Source: Eledone cirrhosa (Eukaryota). From it: a DNA stretch of 64,000 nucleotides. Position 1 is the first letter of the stretch. The number at the start of each line of letters is the position of its first letter. Shown in pieces: positions 1-13,377 of the stretch. Both the position numbers and the translations under genes were made by a program. The notes beneath the pieces were generated by a model. That model did not search any database. It saw only the letters and a program-made list of their open reading frames with translations, and was not told the origin of the DNA. The stretch lies in contig OZ024742.1 in the NCBI GenBank assembly GCA_964016885.1, forward strand, positions 95,480,001-95,544,000, read 5' to 3'.

Positions 1-670
1 GAGAGGAACGAAGCCTGCATGCTCCGTTGGATGTGTAATAGTAATATACGTGAATGGCAAAGCATAAACGAACTAAGGGAGAAATTAGGAATAAGAGGAA
101 TCAGATGTTGTTTACTCGAGAGAAGACTACGTTGGTATGGTTACGTGATGCGCATGAAAGACGACAGCTGTATAAAAATGTGCAGGGCGATCAAAATAGA
201 CGGTACGAATGGAGTAGAAAAACCTGGGACGACTTGATCAATTCCAACCTCACACACTTGCACCTCTCCAAGAGAATGTCACTGGACCGAGATCTTTGGC
301 GCTACACAGTAATACAGAAAACCCGCCTTGCCTAAGTACAAAGCGAAACCTACTGTCAGTAGGCACCTCTAACAAACATACACCCCCGTCCCACCACCCC
401 ACCCCATTCACACCACCCTTTCGATGTAAAGTTAAGTTGGTACCACAACATCCAGTCCCAAATAAATGAGGTTGTGTAGGTGTCACGACAAAAAAACACA
501 CAGTCCACGCTGTAAACGTGGTTGGTGTTAAGAAAGGCATCCAGCCGTAGAAAACCCGCCAGACAGTCCTATACGAGCAAGATAACCAATCTTGCCTCTA
601 GTGGGAAAACTCCCGTCCAAACCCATGCAAGCATGGAAGATGGACGTTAAACGATGATGATGATGATGAT
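1..670 (+). mobile_element. RTE-clade LINE 3' end (RT C-terminus, 3' UTR, (GAT)n tail)
   Basis: ORF fragments MLRWMCN...RRLRWYGYVMRM and KTWDDLI...DRDLWR are typical of the RTE C-terminus; ends CCCATGCAAGCATGGAAGATGGACGTTAAAC(GAT)n; homologous to 10075-10640 and 13378-14539. Confidence 0.9.
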
Positions 671-1113
671 GTATACATATATGTATATATATATATACGT
701 ATATACATATATGCATACATATATATATATGTATACCTATTTATATATATATGTATATATGTATACATAGTGACGAAACATAAGTTAATTGCATGAACTC
801 TTAATCCTTTATTTACTGCTATATATATTTTGATGATAGCCATTGAATGGCTATGACCTCATCAGGCAGTTAATCTATTCTTAGATATGCCAGCTCTGTG
901 TTTATAGTGTTGATGGTATCAGAGCCTTGGGACATATGAGCTTGTTAGGAATAATTTAATGTTGTCAGCAGCAATAGTCTTAATTCTCATTGGTCAGTTT
1001 GTAGATGCTAGTAGGGTTGGTATTTGACCTCAAAGAGGCAGGTGGTGTTGTAAAGTTCAAACCGTCAGGCAAGATGACAATAGTTCCATATGTATACATA
1101 TATATATATATGT

Positions 1114-1201
<88 letters not shown>

Positions 1202-1204
<3 letters not shown>

Positions 1205-1855
1205 AGGAGGTTATAGTTCACTTGAAGCATTGTGTAATGAGGTATAAACGTTTGAATATGTATAATAAAGCCAAAACAATGCAGGTATGGACATAGAAAA
1301 AAGAATGCAATTGCAAAAGATATTGTTGACAATTCGTCCTTTACCTTAGATTTATTTTAAACGTCCTTAATTTTCGAGATAATATCTCTTCTTCAGAGGG
1401 AAATAAAGGTCTCAAACCAGCGTTCTAAATATCTTGCCAAGCCATGCTGCCAGGAAATAGTATAGAGTATCTGTTCTATCTCTAATGTCAAAGAGTTAAA
1501 ATTAGGTGGATAAAGAGTAGTCTCCCTTTAAAAGGGGTGTGTTTAGGTTTTTTTTTATTTTTTTATATACATGCCTGTTTAAGTGTGTGGGAGAATGCAT
1601 GAAGGTGTAAGTATGTGAGTGTGTGAGTGTGAGAAGATAAGTCTATTCGTAAATGTGGGGGATAGGTGTTATCTGGTGTTAGAACTGGTTTTGTGTGTGT
1701 ATGTGTGAGAGAGAATAAGTGGAGGTGTAAGCGTGTGTGTGTGTATGGGGTGTGTAAATATGGGGCTAGAAGCCCTATCAGGTTATAAATTGGGTGTTGA
1801 GTTCTAGTCTATTATTGATAGGTGGTTGTGTTTTATCTATAATTAGTGCTTCCTA
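1202..1855 (-). mobile_element. Non-coding PLE-type 3' end carrying a hammerhead (family A)
   Basis: 1202-1420 is the reverse complement of 39638-39856; flanked by (TA)n; contains the HHR at 1365-1399. Confidence 0.6.
1365..1399 (-). ncRNA. Minimal type I hammerhead ribozyme (family A)
   Basis: Reverse complement CCT-CTGAAGA-A-GAGATA t TATCTC-GAAA-AT-TA-AGG; stem I is only 3 bp. Confidence 0.6.
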
Positions 1856-1881
1856 TATGTATATATATATGTATATATATT

Positions 1882-2148
1882 AGTATTACTTCAAAATATT
1901 AATAAATATAGACATTCATGTGATCAAATATATTTTATTATACATATTTCAGAGGTACTGAGCTATTTCTTCAGTCTGCCAAGACTGGAATTGAACCATC
2001 AGCATAGTTGAGGTATGTCAGACATCAATTTATTTTATCTGAAGAGGACGTACTGAAGAAATATCTCAGTACCTCTGAAATATGTATAATAAAATATATT
2101 TGATCACATGAATGTCTATATTTATTAATATATGGAAGTAATATTAAT
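1882..2148. mobile_element. Head-to-head fold-back HHR element (family B)
   Basis: About 95-bp inverted arms (~1882-1975 and ~2052-2148); homologous to 44718-44956. Confidence 0.8.
2032..2095 (+). ncRNA. Type I hammerhead ribozyme (family B)
   Basis: ATTTTAT-CTGAAGA-stem II (GTACTGA.../...TCAGTAC)-GAAA-TATGTA-TA-ATAAAAT; 7-bp stem I. Confidence 0.8.
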
Positions 2149-2188
2149 AACTCCAGAAAACCTCCTTGTTTAGTGCTTCTAATCTATT

Positions 2189-2795
2189 GTACATCTTATG
2201 CTATATACTATGTTTCTAGTTTTGCAGTTAATATGGGGGCTTAGTTTACAGATTATGCATTTCTTATCTATACAGGGAGGTCTTTGAAAAGGGTATGTAT
2301 TACTAATAAGTGTGTTTTTATGGAGGTACCTGGTCTTTCTACTATCTTAATATTTAGTTTAAGTTTATCTAGGGCCCTTCTAAATTTGTAAGCTAACTCA
2401 CCTCTAGGTGAACATTACACTCTGGTATTTATTACTATCATACTATGAGTTTATTCTATTAACCTTATTCCTAGTTCTTTCTATTCTGTTCCAAAATTTG
2501 CTCCTATACAAGGGGCAGGTTCAATTTGTATCATTATTTACCATTTTTCCCCATTTGGTTCTGGCTCCTCTATATACTCTGATTTTATCTCTCTGATTGT
2601 AACCAGAGAACTGCATATGGTGGTTGAAGTGTTGCATGTGTCTCTCTAGTTCTTTGGGTTTGCACATGCGGGACACATTTCTAATCACCCGTACTAAATC
2701 CGCAATCAGTATGTAGATTTTGGTGTGATCCGAAACAGCTGAGTTTCGGTGGATCAGATATTTGGAAGTCATGGGTTTGGCATAATGGGAATGGA
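2189..2795 (-). pseudogene. Penelope-like element, RT C-terminus/linker fragment (inverted 5' part)
   Basis: KPMTSKYLIHRNSAVSD...FSGY, then Cys-rich linker ending CKTRNIVYSIRCT; frameshifted. Confidence 0.75.
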
Positions 2796-3573
2796 AAAAC
2801 TAGAAACATAGTATATAACATAAGCTGTACTGAAGGACAATGTAAAACTAGAAACATAGTATATAGCATAAGATGTACTGAAGGACAATATAAAGATAAG
2901 AATATAGTGTACATAGGTGAGACAGCTCGTAGTATAGGAAAACGATTAAATGAACACTGACGAGAGCTTCAAGATAGAAAATATTCATCAGTACTCCACC
3001 AATATGCTAAAATAGAACATAAGGGCAAATTAGAGAACATAGAAATAAAAATAAAATCTACACACAGAAAAGACGCAATGTTTAGACAAATCACAGAGGC
3101 AATAAACATAAATGAACTCCAACCAAAATGAAATAGAAAACAGGAATGGAATAGCAACATCACAACTTACAATTGAGGACAAAATGAAAACACACACACA
3201 TAGAACAAACAACCAACCAGTAACATGTAAATAAATAAATAAATAAACAAATAAAAACACACACAGACACCTGGATGTAACATATGCGCAAACTAAGCAC
3301 ACAACACACACAAAAACAAGATGGCGTAGGACAGAATAAAGGAGAGGCACAAAACAAAGAGAAGAATCCCCAATAACTGAAGAGGTCACAGAACGTGTGA
3401 CGAAAGATCTTTGACAATATATGAACAACCGTCCAGTTGTGGAACTAACCAACCAACCAACTGGAAATTTATAAATTCTTAAATTTATAAATTTAATTTA
3501 TAATAAATTGGAGTGAAAGCAACTGGTGCGTGTTTTTCTTATGACAACATGACCTTCCCAAAGCATAACAATA
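2796..3573 (+). mobile_element. Penelope-like element GIY-YIG endonuclease + 3' end with HHR (family C)
   Basis: Translates CKTRNIVYSIRCTEG...VYIGETARSIGKRLNEH...FRQITEAININELQPK; HHR core CTGAAGA 3377-3383 and GAAA 3402-3405 with palindromic AAAGATCTTT; ends in (TA)n. Confidence 0.88.
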
Positions 3574-3684
3574 TATATATATATATACATAAACCCATGC
3601 AAGCTTGGAAGATGGACGTTAAACGATGATGATTATGGTGATGATGATATATATATATACATATATATATTTATATATATATAC

Positions 3685-3741
<57 letters not shown>

Positions 3742-3746
3742 CATAT

Positions 3747-3803
<57 letters not shown>

Positions 3804-3915
3804 TATATAGAGAGAGAGAGAATAAACTGATTCCCATGCCAGGTATAAATCTTTTCCTTTGGAATATAGACGTCAACTAGGTATACATGTAAGTACGTAT
3901 ATGTGCAGATGCAAT

Positions 3916-4105
3916 AATTGTTTCTACTTTTAGGCACAAGGCCAGCAATTACCCAGTGCATTACTGGTACTTTATTTTATCGACCCCGTAAGGATGAAAG
4001 GCAAAGTCAACCTCGGCGGGATTTGAACTCAGATCGTAAAGGGACGTAACTATGCTGGAAAGCATGGCGTCCGACCCTCTACCGATACTGCCAATCCACC
4101 ACCCT
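3916..4105 (-). mobile_element. tRNA-headed SINE (central part resembles a Meta-domain-type core)
   Basis: Reverse complement has A-box TGGCAGTATCGG, B-box GAGTTCAAATCC and GCCTTTCATCCTTACGGGGTCGATAAAATAAAGTACCAG; at least 7 copies in the window. Confidence 0.8.
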
Positions 4106-4479
4106 ACATATATAATTTATGTGCAGATGCAATAATGCATATTAATAGTTGTTGCTACATGTGTGGATCTATTTATTATAACTATAATATGCTTATATGT
4201 ATATACATGTGTATATGTACCTACTATAGGTGGCACAATTGATTGGCCCCTAATTCATATGGAGACCCTAATTTTCACATTTACCAGCCTTGCTTTCAGT
4301 TCTTCTACTGTATGTGTTTTTTTTTTCTTTGGTTTATTATACATAGGTTTTTTGTTTTGGTTTATTATACCTAGGTTTCCAGAGGTTTTGCTAAGAACCA
4401 GTATTCTTTCAGAGGATGGCTGAGCACATCCTCGACATCACTGTAACTTTTATTTTTATCTTTCTCAAGTTTGCAACAT

Positions 4480-4670
4480 ATAATTGTTCCTACTTTTGGC
4501 ACAAGGCCAGCATTTACCAGTACATTACTGGTACTTTATTTTATCGACCCCATAAGGATGAAAGGCAAAGTTCACCTCGGTGGGATTTGAACTTAGATCA
4601 TAAAGGGACGTAACTCTATGCTTCAAAGCATGGTGTGCGACTCTCTACCAATACTGCCAATCCAACATAC
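4480..4670 (-). mobile_element. tRNA-headed SINE, same family as 3916-4105
   Basis: Diverged copy of the same sequence. Confidence 0.75.
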
Positions 4671-5719
4671 TGGCTAGTACATTATTCCTCAAATAGTATT
4701 GTCGATATTTCATAACAACCACTTATGATGTGGGTTATATCTTTAGATTTAATTACACACAGTTTACAACATAAGTTTTCACATCTTGTTTTAATGATTT
4801 CTTACCCCTTTTGTGTATTGTATGATCATTAGGAGAAGAAATCCTAGAAATTCCAAGTGGAAAGACCAATACAAATGGAAGACTGAGGAAATTCTGGGTA
4901 GTCTTGGTGAGAGGTGATCATAAAATTGTGAATATCTCAGAGATGAAATAAGAAAAGAACATAAGGCAGAGAAAACCTCTGCGAAAGAACATTCATCTAG
5001 CCCATGCAATCATGTGAAAGTGGACATAAAAATAACGAAATTTTATAGTTACTCTGTATTAGGTTTGCAAAGAAACAAAAGTAAGAGATAATATGTAGTT
5101 TGTAGTTCCAAGATAAACAAACCAGGCTATTTATGTCTATATGATATATGTTATATTGTAGAGCACAAAACCTACATTATTCTGTATCATCTTGACTATA
5201 TTGCTCTAAGATCCATTCCTGGTGCATTTAGAGTAATAAAGGTGAGTCAAGGACATGACAACTATTCAAGTGATGCTGCCACAAGGAAATATAGAAACCA
5301 TGCCATGAGGGTTGAGAGAGCTCTTCAATCATGTCAATAGCAAGACAACCTCCCTTGTGCCAGTGCTATGATAAAATGCACCCAATAAATTCTGTAATGA
5401 GGTTGGCTTTAGAAAATGCATTCAGCTATAGTAACCAAGTCAAAAATAGAATTTATTGACCTAAATCGGAGGACTAACACTGCTTAAGAACTAACTTGGT
5501 CTGGAACAACCTGTGCAACCCATGCCAGCATGGAACACATATACAAAATTATGGGGATAATAATGAGTTATCTAATTATTCTAAGTATATCTAACAATAT
5601 ATTTTATTGATGCACTCTGTAACATTAAGTTGAAACAAATATTAGGAATCTGAATTATTACAGTTTCAGATTTCTTATATCATGTGATTTTTCTGACATG
5701 AATACATCTGTATGTGTGG

Positions 5720-5793
<74 letters not shown>

Positions 5794-7899
5794 ATACATA
5801 CACACACACACACACAAATATATATATATACATATATAACTTATATATATATAACCTGGATAAATTCAAATTTTCTCTCTTATTTATTTTTCCGACTGAA
5901 GCTTCAGGCTGTATGTCTACGAAGGCTGCACATTCATAGAATCGCTTTTGTGTGAAAGATTGATATATTTTATTTTAATATACATGCCATAAAATATGTT
6001 TCTTTATTCAGTTAGTTTAGATATTATTAAGTTATATAACACTAAATTCACTTTATTGTTCACTCTTATAGATGTCTTGCTTGAAGATACATTTTTGATG
6101 AACTTAAAGAAATAATTATATAGAGAGATGTTAATTTTGTGTTGAAGACTTATAGGTATATAAACAACAACAAATATTTACTGATGAGGTGACACCATAC
6201 GTGTAGTACAATTTTATTTAGTATAGGTATTTTAGTACTCTAGGTTAACTGAAGACAGCAGCTAATCACTAATCATGTAGTGTTGATGTGTCCTCAGTAT
6301 TGGCAAAATTCAAGAATCTGTCAATGAAGAAACATGTAATATATATAACATAATTATGATCATCCTATGTCTATTTTCCATGCTGTTATGGGTTGGGAAA
6401 CTGGACTTGTTCTGAGACTAGATGTATTGGGGGATACATCTTCATATTTGGCATCGTTTCTACAGCTGGATACCCTTCCTAATGCCAACTACTTTAAAGA
6501 GATTACTGGGTGAATTGTAACTGTCACCACCACTTCTACTTTACAAAGGGTACTAGGGGAATTTTGTCAGATATCTGTCTTGCAGATGCGTTCAATTTTT
6601 AGCATGGGTCTCTGGATGCTCTTCTTAACTCCAACCAGTTCACAGCATGTACCAGGTGCATTTTATCATAGCACCATCACTAACACATGATGGTGGACAG
6701 GGTGGGTTTTATCATGGTACCAGCACAGCAAGTTTACAGTGTGGACTTAGTGCATTTATCATGGCACCAGCACTGCTACTTGACTGTGTGGCCTGAGTGC
6801 ATTTTATTATGGCACAAGCACCAGGTTCCTATGTATATGTGTGTGTTTGGATGCATGGATGTGATTGTAGGCATGTGTGTGTCTGTATACATATGTGTAT
6901 TTATATATGTGTGTCTGTAAACATGTGGATAATTGTATCCTGTATGTGTTTGTATATATATGTGTGTGGTTATATGTAAATTATATATGTAGGTATTTCT
7001 ATGTGAACTTCAATGTATGCATATGTATACTTGCATACATGTGTATGTATTGCTATGACAATCCAGCAATATATTATGTGATAAATTATTTATACAATGT
7101 ATGTAAAATTTCAAGGAATCATTTGTAGTTATCACAGAGCATCTCCTTTTGATAGATATTAATTTCAACAATGTGTATAAGTAACATTTCCACATATATT
7201 AAACTCAAGTACTATGAGAGTCAGCTATCATCAACAAAAATTTCATTGCAACTACTAACCCTCTATTACTCTCCAGTCTTTTCTCCCCAGCTATGCTGTC
7301 TCTGCATCTTCTACCATACTACAATGGCCTCTTCTCCTTAGACCTTGCTTAAAACATGTCAACACCACTTAAGCACTCCCGATGCACTTATTTCTCCTCC
7401 TCTCATTACCCTGGTTGTGTCCTCACCATACCCTAAATGTCACCATATGCAGGTCCCCTTTAGGGGAAAGAAATTTGTAGAAATAGCGAGGGAGAGAGAG
7501 ATGACATTCTTGGCAGAAAAGATTGAGTGTTGGAGCTAAACACCCAATGGTTCCTGCCAAGAATTTTATTTCTCTCTCTCTCCATCTCTCAACTAATACC
7601 TTTCCCAAAGGATGGGGACCTGCAAAGGTTTAAAAAGAAAATCAACTGCATCAATCTCTCCCATCATGGAAGGCTTGTGAGCACCATGGGTAGTGCCTCT
7701 TCCTCCAATCCTACCTAGTAAAAATGATAAATACCCACTGGTTGAAACAGGAGCCAAATATATTTTATTCTTAGAGGAAGTGAAATAAATGAATGATCTT
7801 AAATGTGAAATATTTCCTTTGGGAAGAAGGTGTCTCCCATGATGGTTTAGTGTAAGCAAGGACTAGATAAACACAAAGGCAAAAGACTGTCTGGTGTAG

Positions 7900-9365
7900 G
7901 AACACATGGAACCGAAAGAACTCTGAGTTAGCAAGAAATTCAGGGAAATACTACTTAATGCATACAACAGTAAGGAAGAGCAGAGGAAGGCCTCTATAGT
8001 ATAGAGAAAAATTGGGATTTTCTATGTAAGAATCTGCTGGAGGTCATTGACCAGGTCTGTCTCATGTCCAAGGTTCTAGCAAGACAGAAGGTAACATGGT
8101 AGTGGAATTATAGGATAGATAGAGCTATAAAGCAAAGAAACAGAACTGGAATGACAGGGCAAAAGTGGAAAAAGTGCAATGCCAAATAGCTTGAAGAGAG
8201 GCTAGGCATCAGTTTTATCTAGGAAAGGCAAAGGCAGTAGGGAAATTCATATGTGTTCTATGACATGAGGGACATGAATTGATTCAGCATGTGAGACATT
8301 GTGCCAGGGAAAGCTGAGTTGTCGTTGGAGAAAAGTGTGTCTGACATGATATGACTGAAGCTGAAAAGGTGGCATGGTAGTCCTATTATAAAAAACTGAG
8401 GAAGGAAGAGAATTAATTGGAGAGAGAGAACCTGCTCTATGTAGACCTAACTGAGAAACCAGCCATACATGTTAACAGCAGTTTGATAGTTAAAGTGATA
8501 AAGGATATGAAAGTAGGGCGGCAGTTCGACAGTTTGGTATTAGGACAGATATGCTAATAGCATGGTAGGTTATGAGCTAGTCAAGCACATAGTGATCAAG
8601 TAGTACAGAATCATTTCATACCTAATGATTGACACAGATGTATCATTGTAAACAAGTGCCAAAGAGACCCATAAGAGAGAGGTAATCACAGATGTATCAA
8701 GTTAATGGACCAAGTCAAGAAAGTTATTGAAAGGGTTATAGTACAAGTAACTATGGACAGAATCAAGTTAGATGAGATGCAGTTTGGCTTTATGCCATGT
8801 AGGAGGTCTACCAATACATTCTTCCTTGTGAGACAACTGTAGGAGGAGTTCTTAGCTAAGAGGAAGCCTCTGTACTTAGCATCTTCAGATCTGGAAAAGG
8901 CTCTTTACAAAACACCCCAGTCTGTTGTCTGGTGGGTGCTAAGGAGGCTAGGTGTAGAGAAATCGTTTATGAGGTCTGTACAAGCTATGAAGAGTAGGGC
9001 AACAAAGTGTGTGTTAGCATTGAGAGCTAATGAATCTGGTGTGCATGAGAGGCTCCACTATTGCTGGGTCCTCAGTCCAGTTGTTTTTAACCTTGTTCTT
9101 CAGACCATAATAAAGGAGTTTAAAACTAGCATTCCATAGAAACACTTGCATGCTAATTGTCTAGTGCTTGTGGCTGAATCTGGGGAAAGTTAGAGGCAGA
9201 ATTCCAACTATGGAAGAGAAATCTAGATTCGAAAAACCTAAAATTAAATTTTGCAAAAAACTAAATTCTTTATAAGCAGGTAAACAGAGAAGATGCACCA
9301 GAGAAGTAAGCATTAAGAGCCCACACAAAATAACAAGGAAACAAATGTTAAATGATGAAGATGAT
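7900..9365 (+). pseudogene. Highly degenerate RTE LINE RT region
   Basis: Remnants such as LDEMQFGFMP, FLVRQL*EEFLAKRKPLYLA, LEKA and VLSPVVF, with many stops; boundaries approximate. Confidence 0.75.
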
Positions 9366-9787
9366 GTATAGACATAGTGTATGGAAACTCCTCCTTGTTC
9401 ATGTCTTTCTCAAAAGGAATTTTCTGCAACAATTTAAACAGAAAATCAATTGAAAAAATTGCTCCATGTGTAGGTCATGGGCATAGGAAATTTACCTCAA
9501 ATCTACATAGTAAAAAAAGAAAAAAATCATCTATACTAAAAGAACAGCTCTGGATGGCATCAGTAACAGTACTGCACAAGTTAGCATTCTATGTGGTACA
9601 TCTCTGTGCTTGTGATGTCTGACCCCCACACCAATAGGCTGTGTTGTTGTTCTAAGTCATAAATCATTCACTGCTGAAGAATCTGTCAGCCTCTTGTGAA
9701 ATGAGACAATCACTTATCAATTAATTGTTTTATATTTAAACTGGGTTTAAAGATATCATAGTCACATAGTGACTAGTGTCTACACTA

Positions 9788-9853
<66 letters not shown>

Positions 9854-10016
9854 CATAAAAATGTAATCTGAGTTTTTAGAATATTAACAATAATAATCGA
9901 TTTGTTTGCAATCATGCAAACGTCCCCTTTAAAGCCATGCCAGTAGAATGACACCATCATTCTTGCTCTTGTGTTGGCATGTAAGCAAATGAACTATTTG
10001 TTTGTTTTATATATAT

Positions 10017-10071
<55 letters not shown>

Positions 10072-10074
10072 TGT

Positions 10075-10640
10075 ATAACAAAGTGCAGGGCAATAAAAAT
10101 AGACGGTAGCCACGGAATAGGCAGACCCAGAAAAACCTGGGACGAGCTGATAAATTCCGACCTCACACACTTACACCTCACCAAGTCAATGTCACTGGAT
10201 CGCGACCTTTGGCGGTACTCAGTAATAGAGAAGACCCGCCTTACCTAAATACAAAGTAAAACCTACTAGAGTCAGTAGGCATCTCTAACAAAATACACCC
10301 CCGTCCCACCACCCCCACCCCATCCACACCGCCCCTTTCAATGTAAAGTTATGTTGGTGCCACAACATCCAGGCCGAAACAAATGAGATCGTGTAGATGT
10401 CACGTCAAAAAAACACACAGTTCACGCTGTAATGTGGCCGTGTAGGCAACACGGTAAAAACCTCCCAGTCCCACACTGTAAATGTGGTTGGTGTTAGGAA
10501 GAGCATCCAGCTGTAGAAAACCCGCCAGATAGTCCTATGCGAGCAAGATAACCACTCTTGCCTCAAGTGGGAAAACCCCCGTCCAAACCCATGCAAGCGT
10601 GGAACACGGACGTTAAAAGATGATGATGATGATGATGATG
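10075..10640 (+). mobile_element. 5'-truncated RTE LINE 3' end
   Basis: GRPRKTWDELI...DRDLWR, shared 3' UTR and (GAT)n tail. Confidence 0.9.
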
Positions 10641-10735
10641 TATATGTATATATATGTATATATATGTATATATATATATATATAGATAGATAGATAAATA
10701 TACACGGGTGTGTATGATTGTGTATAGAAGATTAT

Positions 10736-11120
10736 ATTAATAAGAGGAATTCCAACTTTGTCTGATTTACTCGTTTTATTTACAATCCTTTAAAATTTAT
10801 AATGGTATTATAATGAAATAGTATGATAGAATATTAAATTCTAAGTGTTGATTGAACAAGTACTTTCATGCTTTCGCAATCTACAGTTTCATAATATGTG
10901 GTGACAGTCAAGTTTGCAATTTTCAACTGTTGAAAATTGCAAACTTGACTGTCACCACATATTATGAACCTGAAGATTGCGAAAGCATGAAAGTACTTGT
11001 TCAATTAACACTTAGAATTTAATATTCTATCATACTATTTCATTATAATACCATTATAAATTTTACAGGATTGTAAATAAAACGAGTAAATCAGACAAAG
11101 TTGGAATTCCTCTTATTAAT
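10736..11120. mobile_element. Near-perfect 385-bp palindrome of an HHR-bearing element (family D)
   Basis: 192-bp arms around a centre at 10928 (TTTCAAC-T-GTTGAAA), only a few mismatches. Confidence 0.92.
10965..11003 (+). ncRNA. Type I hammerhead ribozyme (family D)
   Basis: TGAAC-CTGAAGA-T TGC gaaa GCA T-GAAA-GTAC-TT-GTTCA; the mirror copy at 10853-10891 (-) has CTGTAGA. Confidence 0.88.
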
Positions 11121-11128
11121 ATGTATAT

Positions 11129-11177
<49 letters not shown>

Positions 11178-11289
11178 CATATATATATATACATATATAT
11201 ACAAATATATACATGTACATGGGTTTTCCCATTAAAGACATGTTGGGTCAGGTGGACCCCCCCCCCCCCCCTTTCTGGGTCATATAGAG

Positions 11290-11600
11290 CTGTTTCTGGC
11301 TAGGTGTCTATGGCTGGATCCATTTCCTAATGCTTACTACATTTACAGCGTTTGCTGGATGCTTTTTGTCATGACTCCTACACACAGACTTCCCAGTGTA
11401 TGCTGGGTGCTTTTTGTTGTGACACCTACATGACCACTTTACAGTGTAGGCTAGGTGCTTTTTGTCATGACACCTACAGGACCACTTTAACATGAGAGCT
11501 GGGTACCTTTTGCTGTGATACCTTCATGACCACTTTAAAGTGTGGGATATCTACTTTTTGTCATGACACCTACACAACCCCTTTACAGTGGCATTTTTTG
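11290..11600 (-). repeat. RTE-3'UTR-derived ~48-bp tandem repeat (5-6 units)
   Basis: Units like TTACAGTGTAGGCTAGGTGCTTTTTGTCATGACACCTACAGGACCACT, adjacent to the RTE-tail motif GGCTGGAT..TTCCTAATG. Confidence 0.7.
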
Positions 11601-12551
11601 TATGGAAACATATTATAGTACACAATGGAATGTACCAGTAATTTAAGTGGAGAATTTCATACACATGTGCACTTAATGTAACTCTGAGGAAAATCCATGT
11701 TACAATGTGCGAAAGGGGTAACCATTTAAATGGCGTATTACAATGACAGATGTACCCTTAACATAATTCTCTAGCTTATTTACTGTGACACAGTGTGTGA
11801 CATGGTTGGTTTTTTGATTCACAGATATAACTACATTCTTTAACTGAAATAAAGTGTCATGCTCAAGGACATAGCTAACCACTAGGAATTGAACTCAGAA
11901 CTATGTGATTGTGAGCTGAACACCATAACCGCTAAGCTATATGCCTTTATAAACATTAGTCTGACTGACTTATCAACATTTCAACCCCTTGATACTGATG
12001 CTAGATTTGTAGAATGGGGCAGTGTTTGGAAATGTGAAGAGGGATTATATTAATATAATAGAATTAACAATGGGTAATCGCTATGATAGGAGGAGATGAA
12101 TGAGAGAAATAGTGAGTGGAAGAAGGGAGGAGGAGAATGGTGGTCTGGGTTAGGACGGACTGGTAGTAGAAGAAGAGAATGTTTGTGGGTGTATGGGTGT
12201 TGTGCAAGCTAGCAATAATTATAGAAGGGAGTTGACATGTCCAATGTTAGCATGTGATGAATAGGAAGGAAGGACGTTAGCCTTTCAGGATTAAGAGTTC
12301 TGTGAGAGTATTTGCTGAATTCTTAGATTACTTAACCAAATAAGCCCACCCATTTATATCTTGATTTATGAATGTATGCACGTGTGTATGTTTACGTGTA
12401 TGTGTTTGTTTCTGTGTATGGAAGTATGCGTGTGTATGTAAATACATAGATATATTTGTATGTATATATATGTATGTCCGTACACTTCTAGGCATGTGCA
12501 TAACTTATTTATGTATATCCATAAACACACACACACACACACACACACAAT

Positions 12552-12587
<36 letters not shown>

Positions 12588-13377
12588 CGAACATATATGT
12601 GTTTGTATGTGTATGTAGGTTTATATAATTGTATAAATATAAATCATGTTCATGGAAATTGTTAATTCAAAAACATCAAAGATCTTGTTGCATACTTGCT
12701 GCAAATTAATCATTACTATACACGTCATTTACACATGTGCACATATATACATAAACTCGAATATATACAAACTCACACATACAGACACACATGCACACAC
12801 AGACATATACCATCATCGTTTTTATGTCCACTTTTCTATTCTAGCATGGGTTTGGATGGGATAGTTTGAGATGATATTTTACAGTTTGATGCATCTCCTG
12901 ATGTCAACCCTTTCAGCTACCCCATATGCCAGGTAGGGATATGTGTACTTATTATAAAAAATTGGATACACATAACATAAATATATATATATACATAAAG
13001 CACACACACACAGACACACATACATCACACTCTCTCTGTATATATATATATATATTTCTTTTCTCTCTCTCTCTTTATATATATATGTCTCTCTCTATAT
13101 ATATATATGTACATAACTATATATATATTTTCTCCCATCTTGTAGAAAACTTATAATGAAACAATTGTTTGGAAAGAGAGATATATTTTAATTTTAATTA
13201 TATCTCATATAAAATAATACAACTGGCTTTCCACAAAATACATATAGTTAGCACCCCAAACACAAAATTGGGATTATACTAACGTATACCCTAATGTTTG
13301 TTGAGTGAGATGGTTACCAGTCAGAGTTTAGCTTAAAGCTTTCTCTGTTATTGTATTAAATATATATATATATACAC

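Noticed and set aside
3990-4105. tRNA gene
   Set aside because: A and B boxes are present but there is no cloverleaf; it is a multi-copy SINE head
6178-6270. CTGATGA/CTGAAGA motifs as hammerheads
   Set aside because: No matching GAAA or stems could be built
11340-11595. CRISPR-like periodic repeats
   Set aside because: Contiguous degenerate tandem units without unique spacers, derived from the RTE UTR; eukaryotic context and no cas genes
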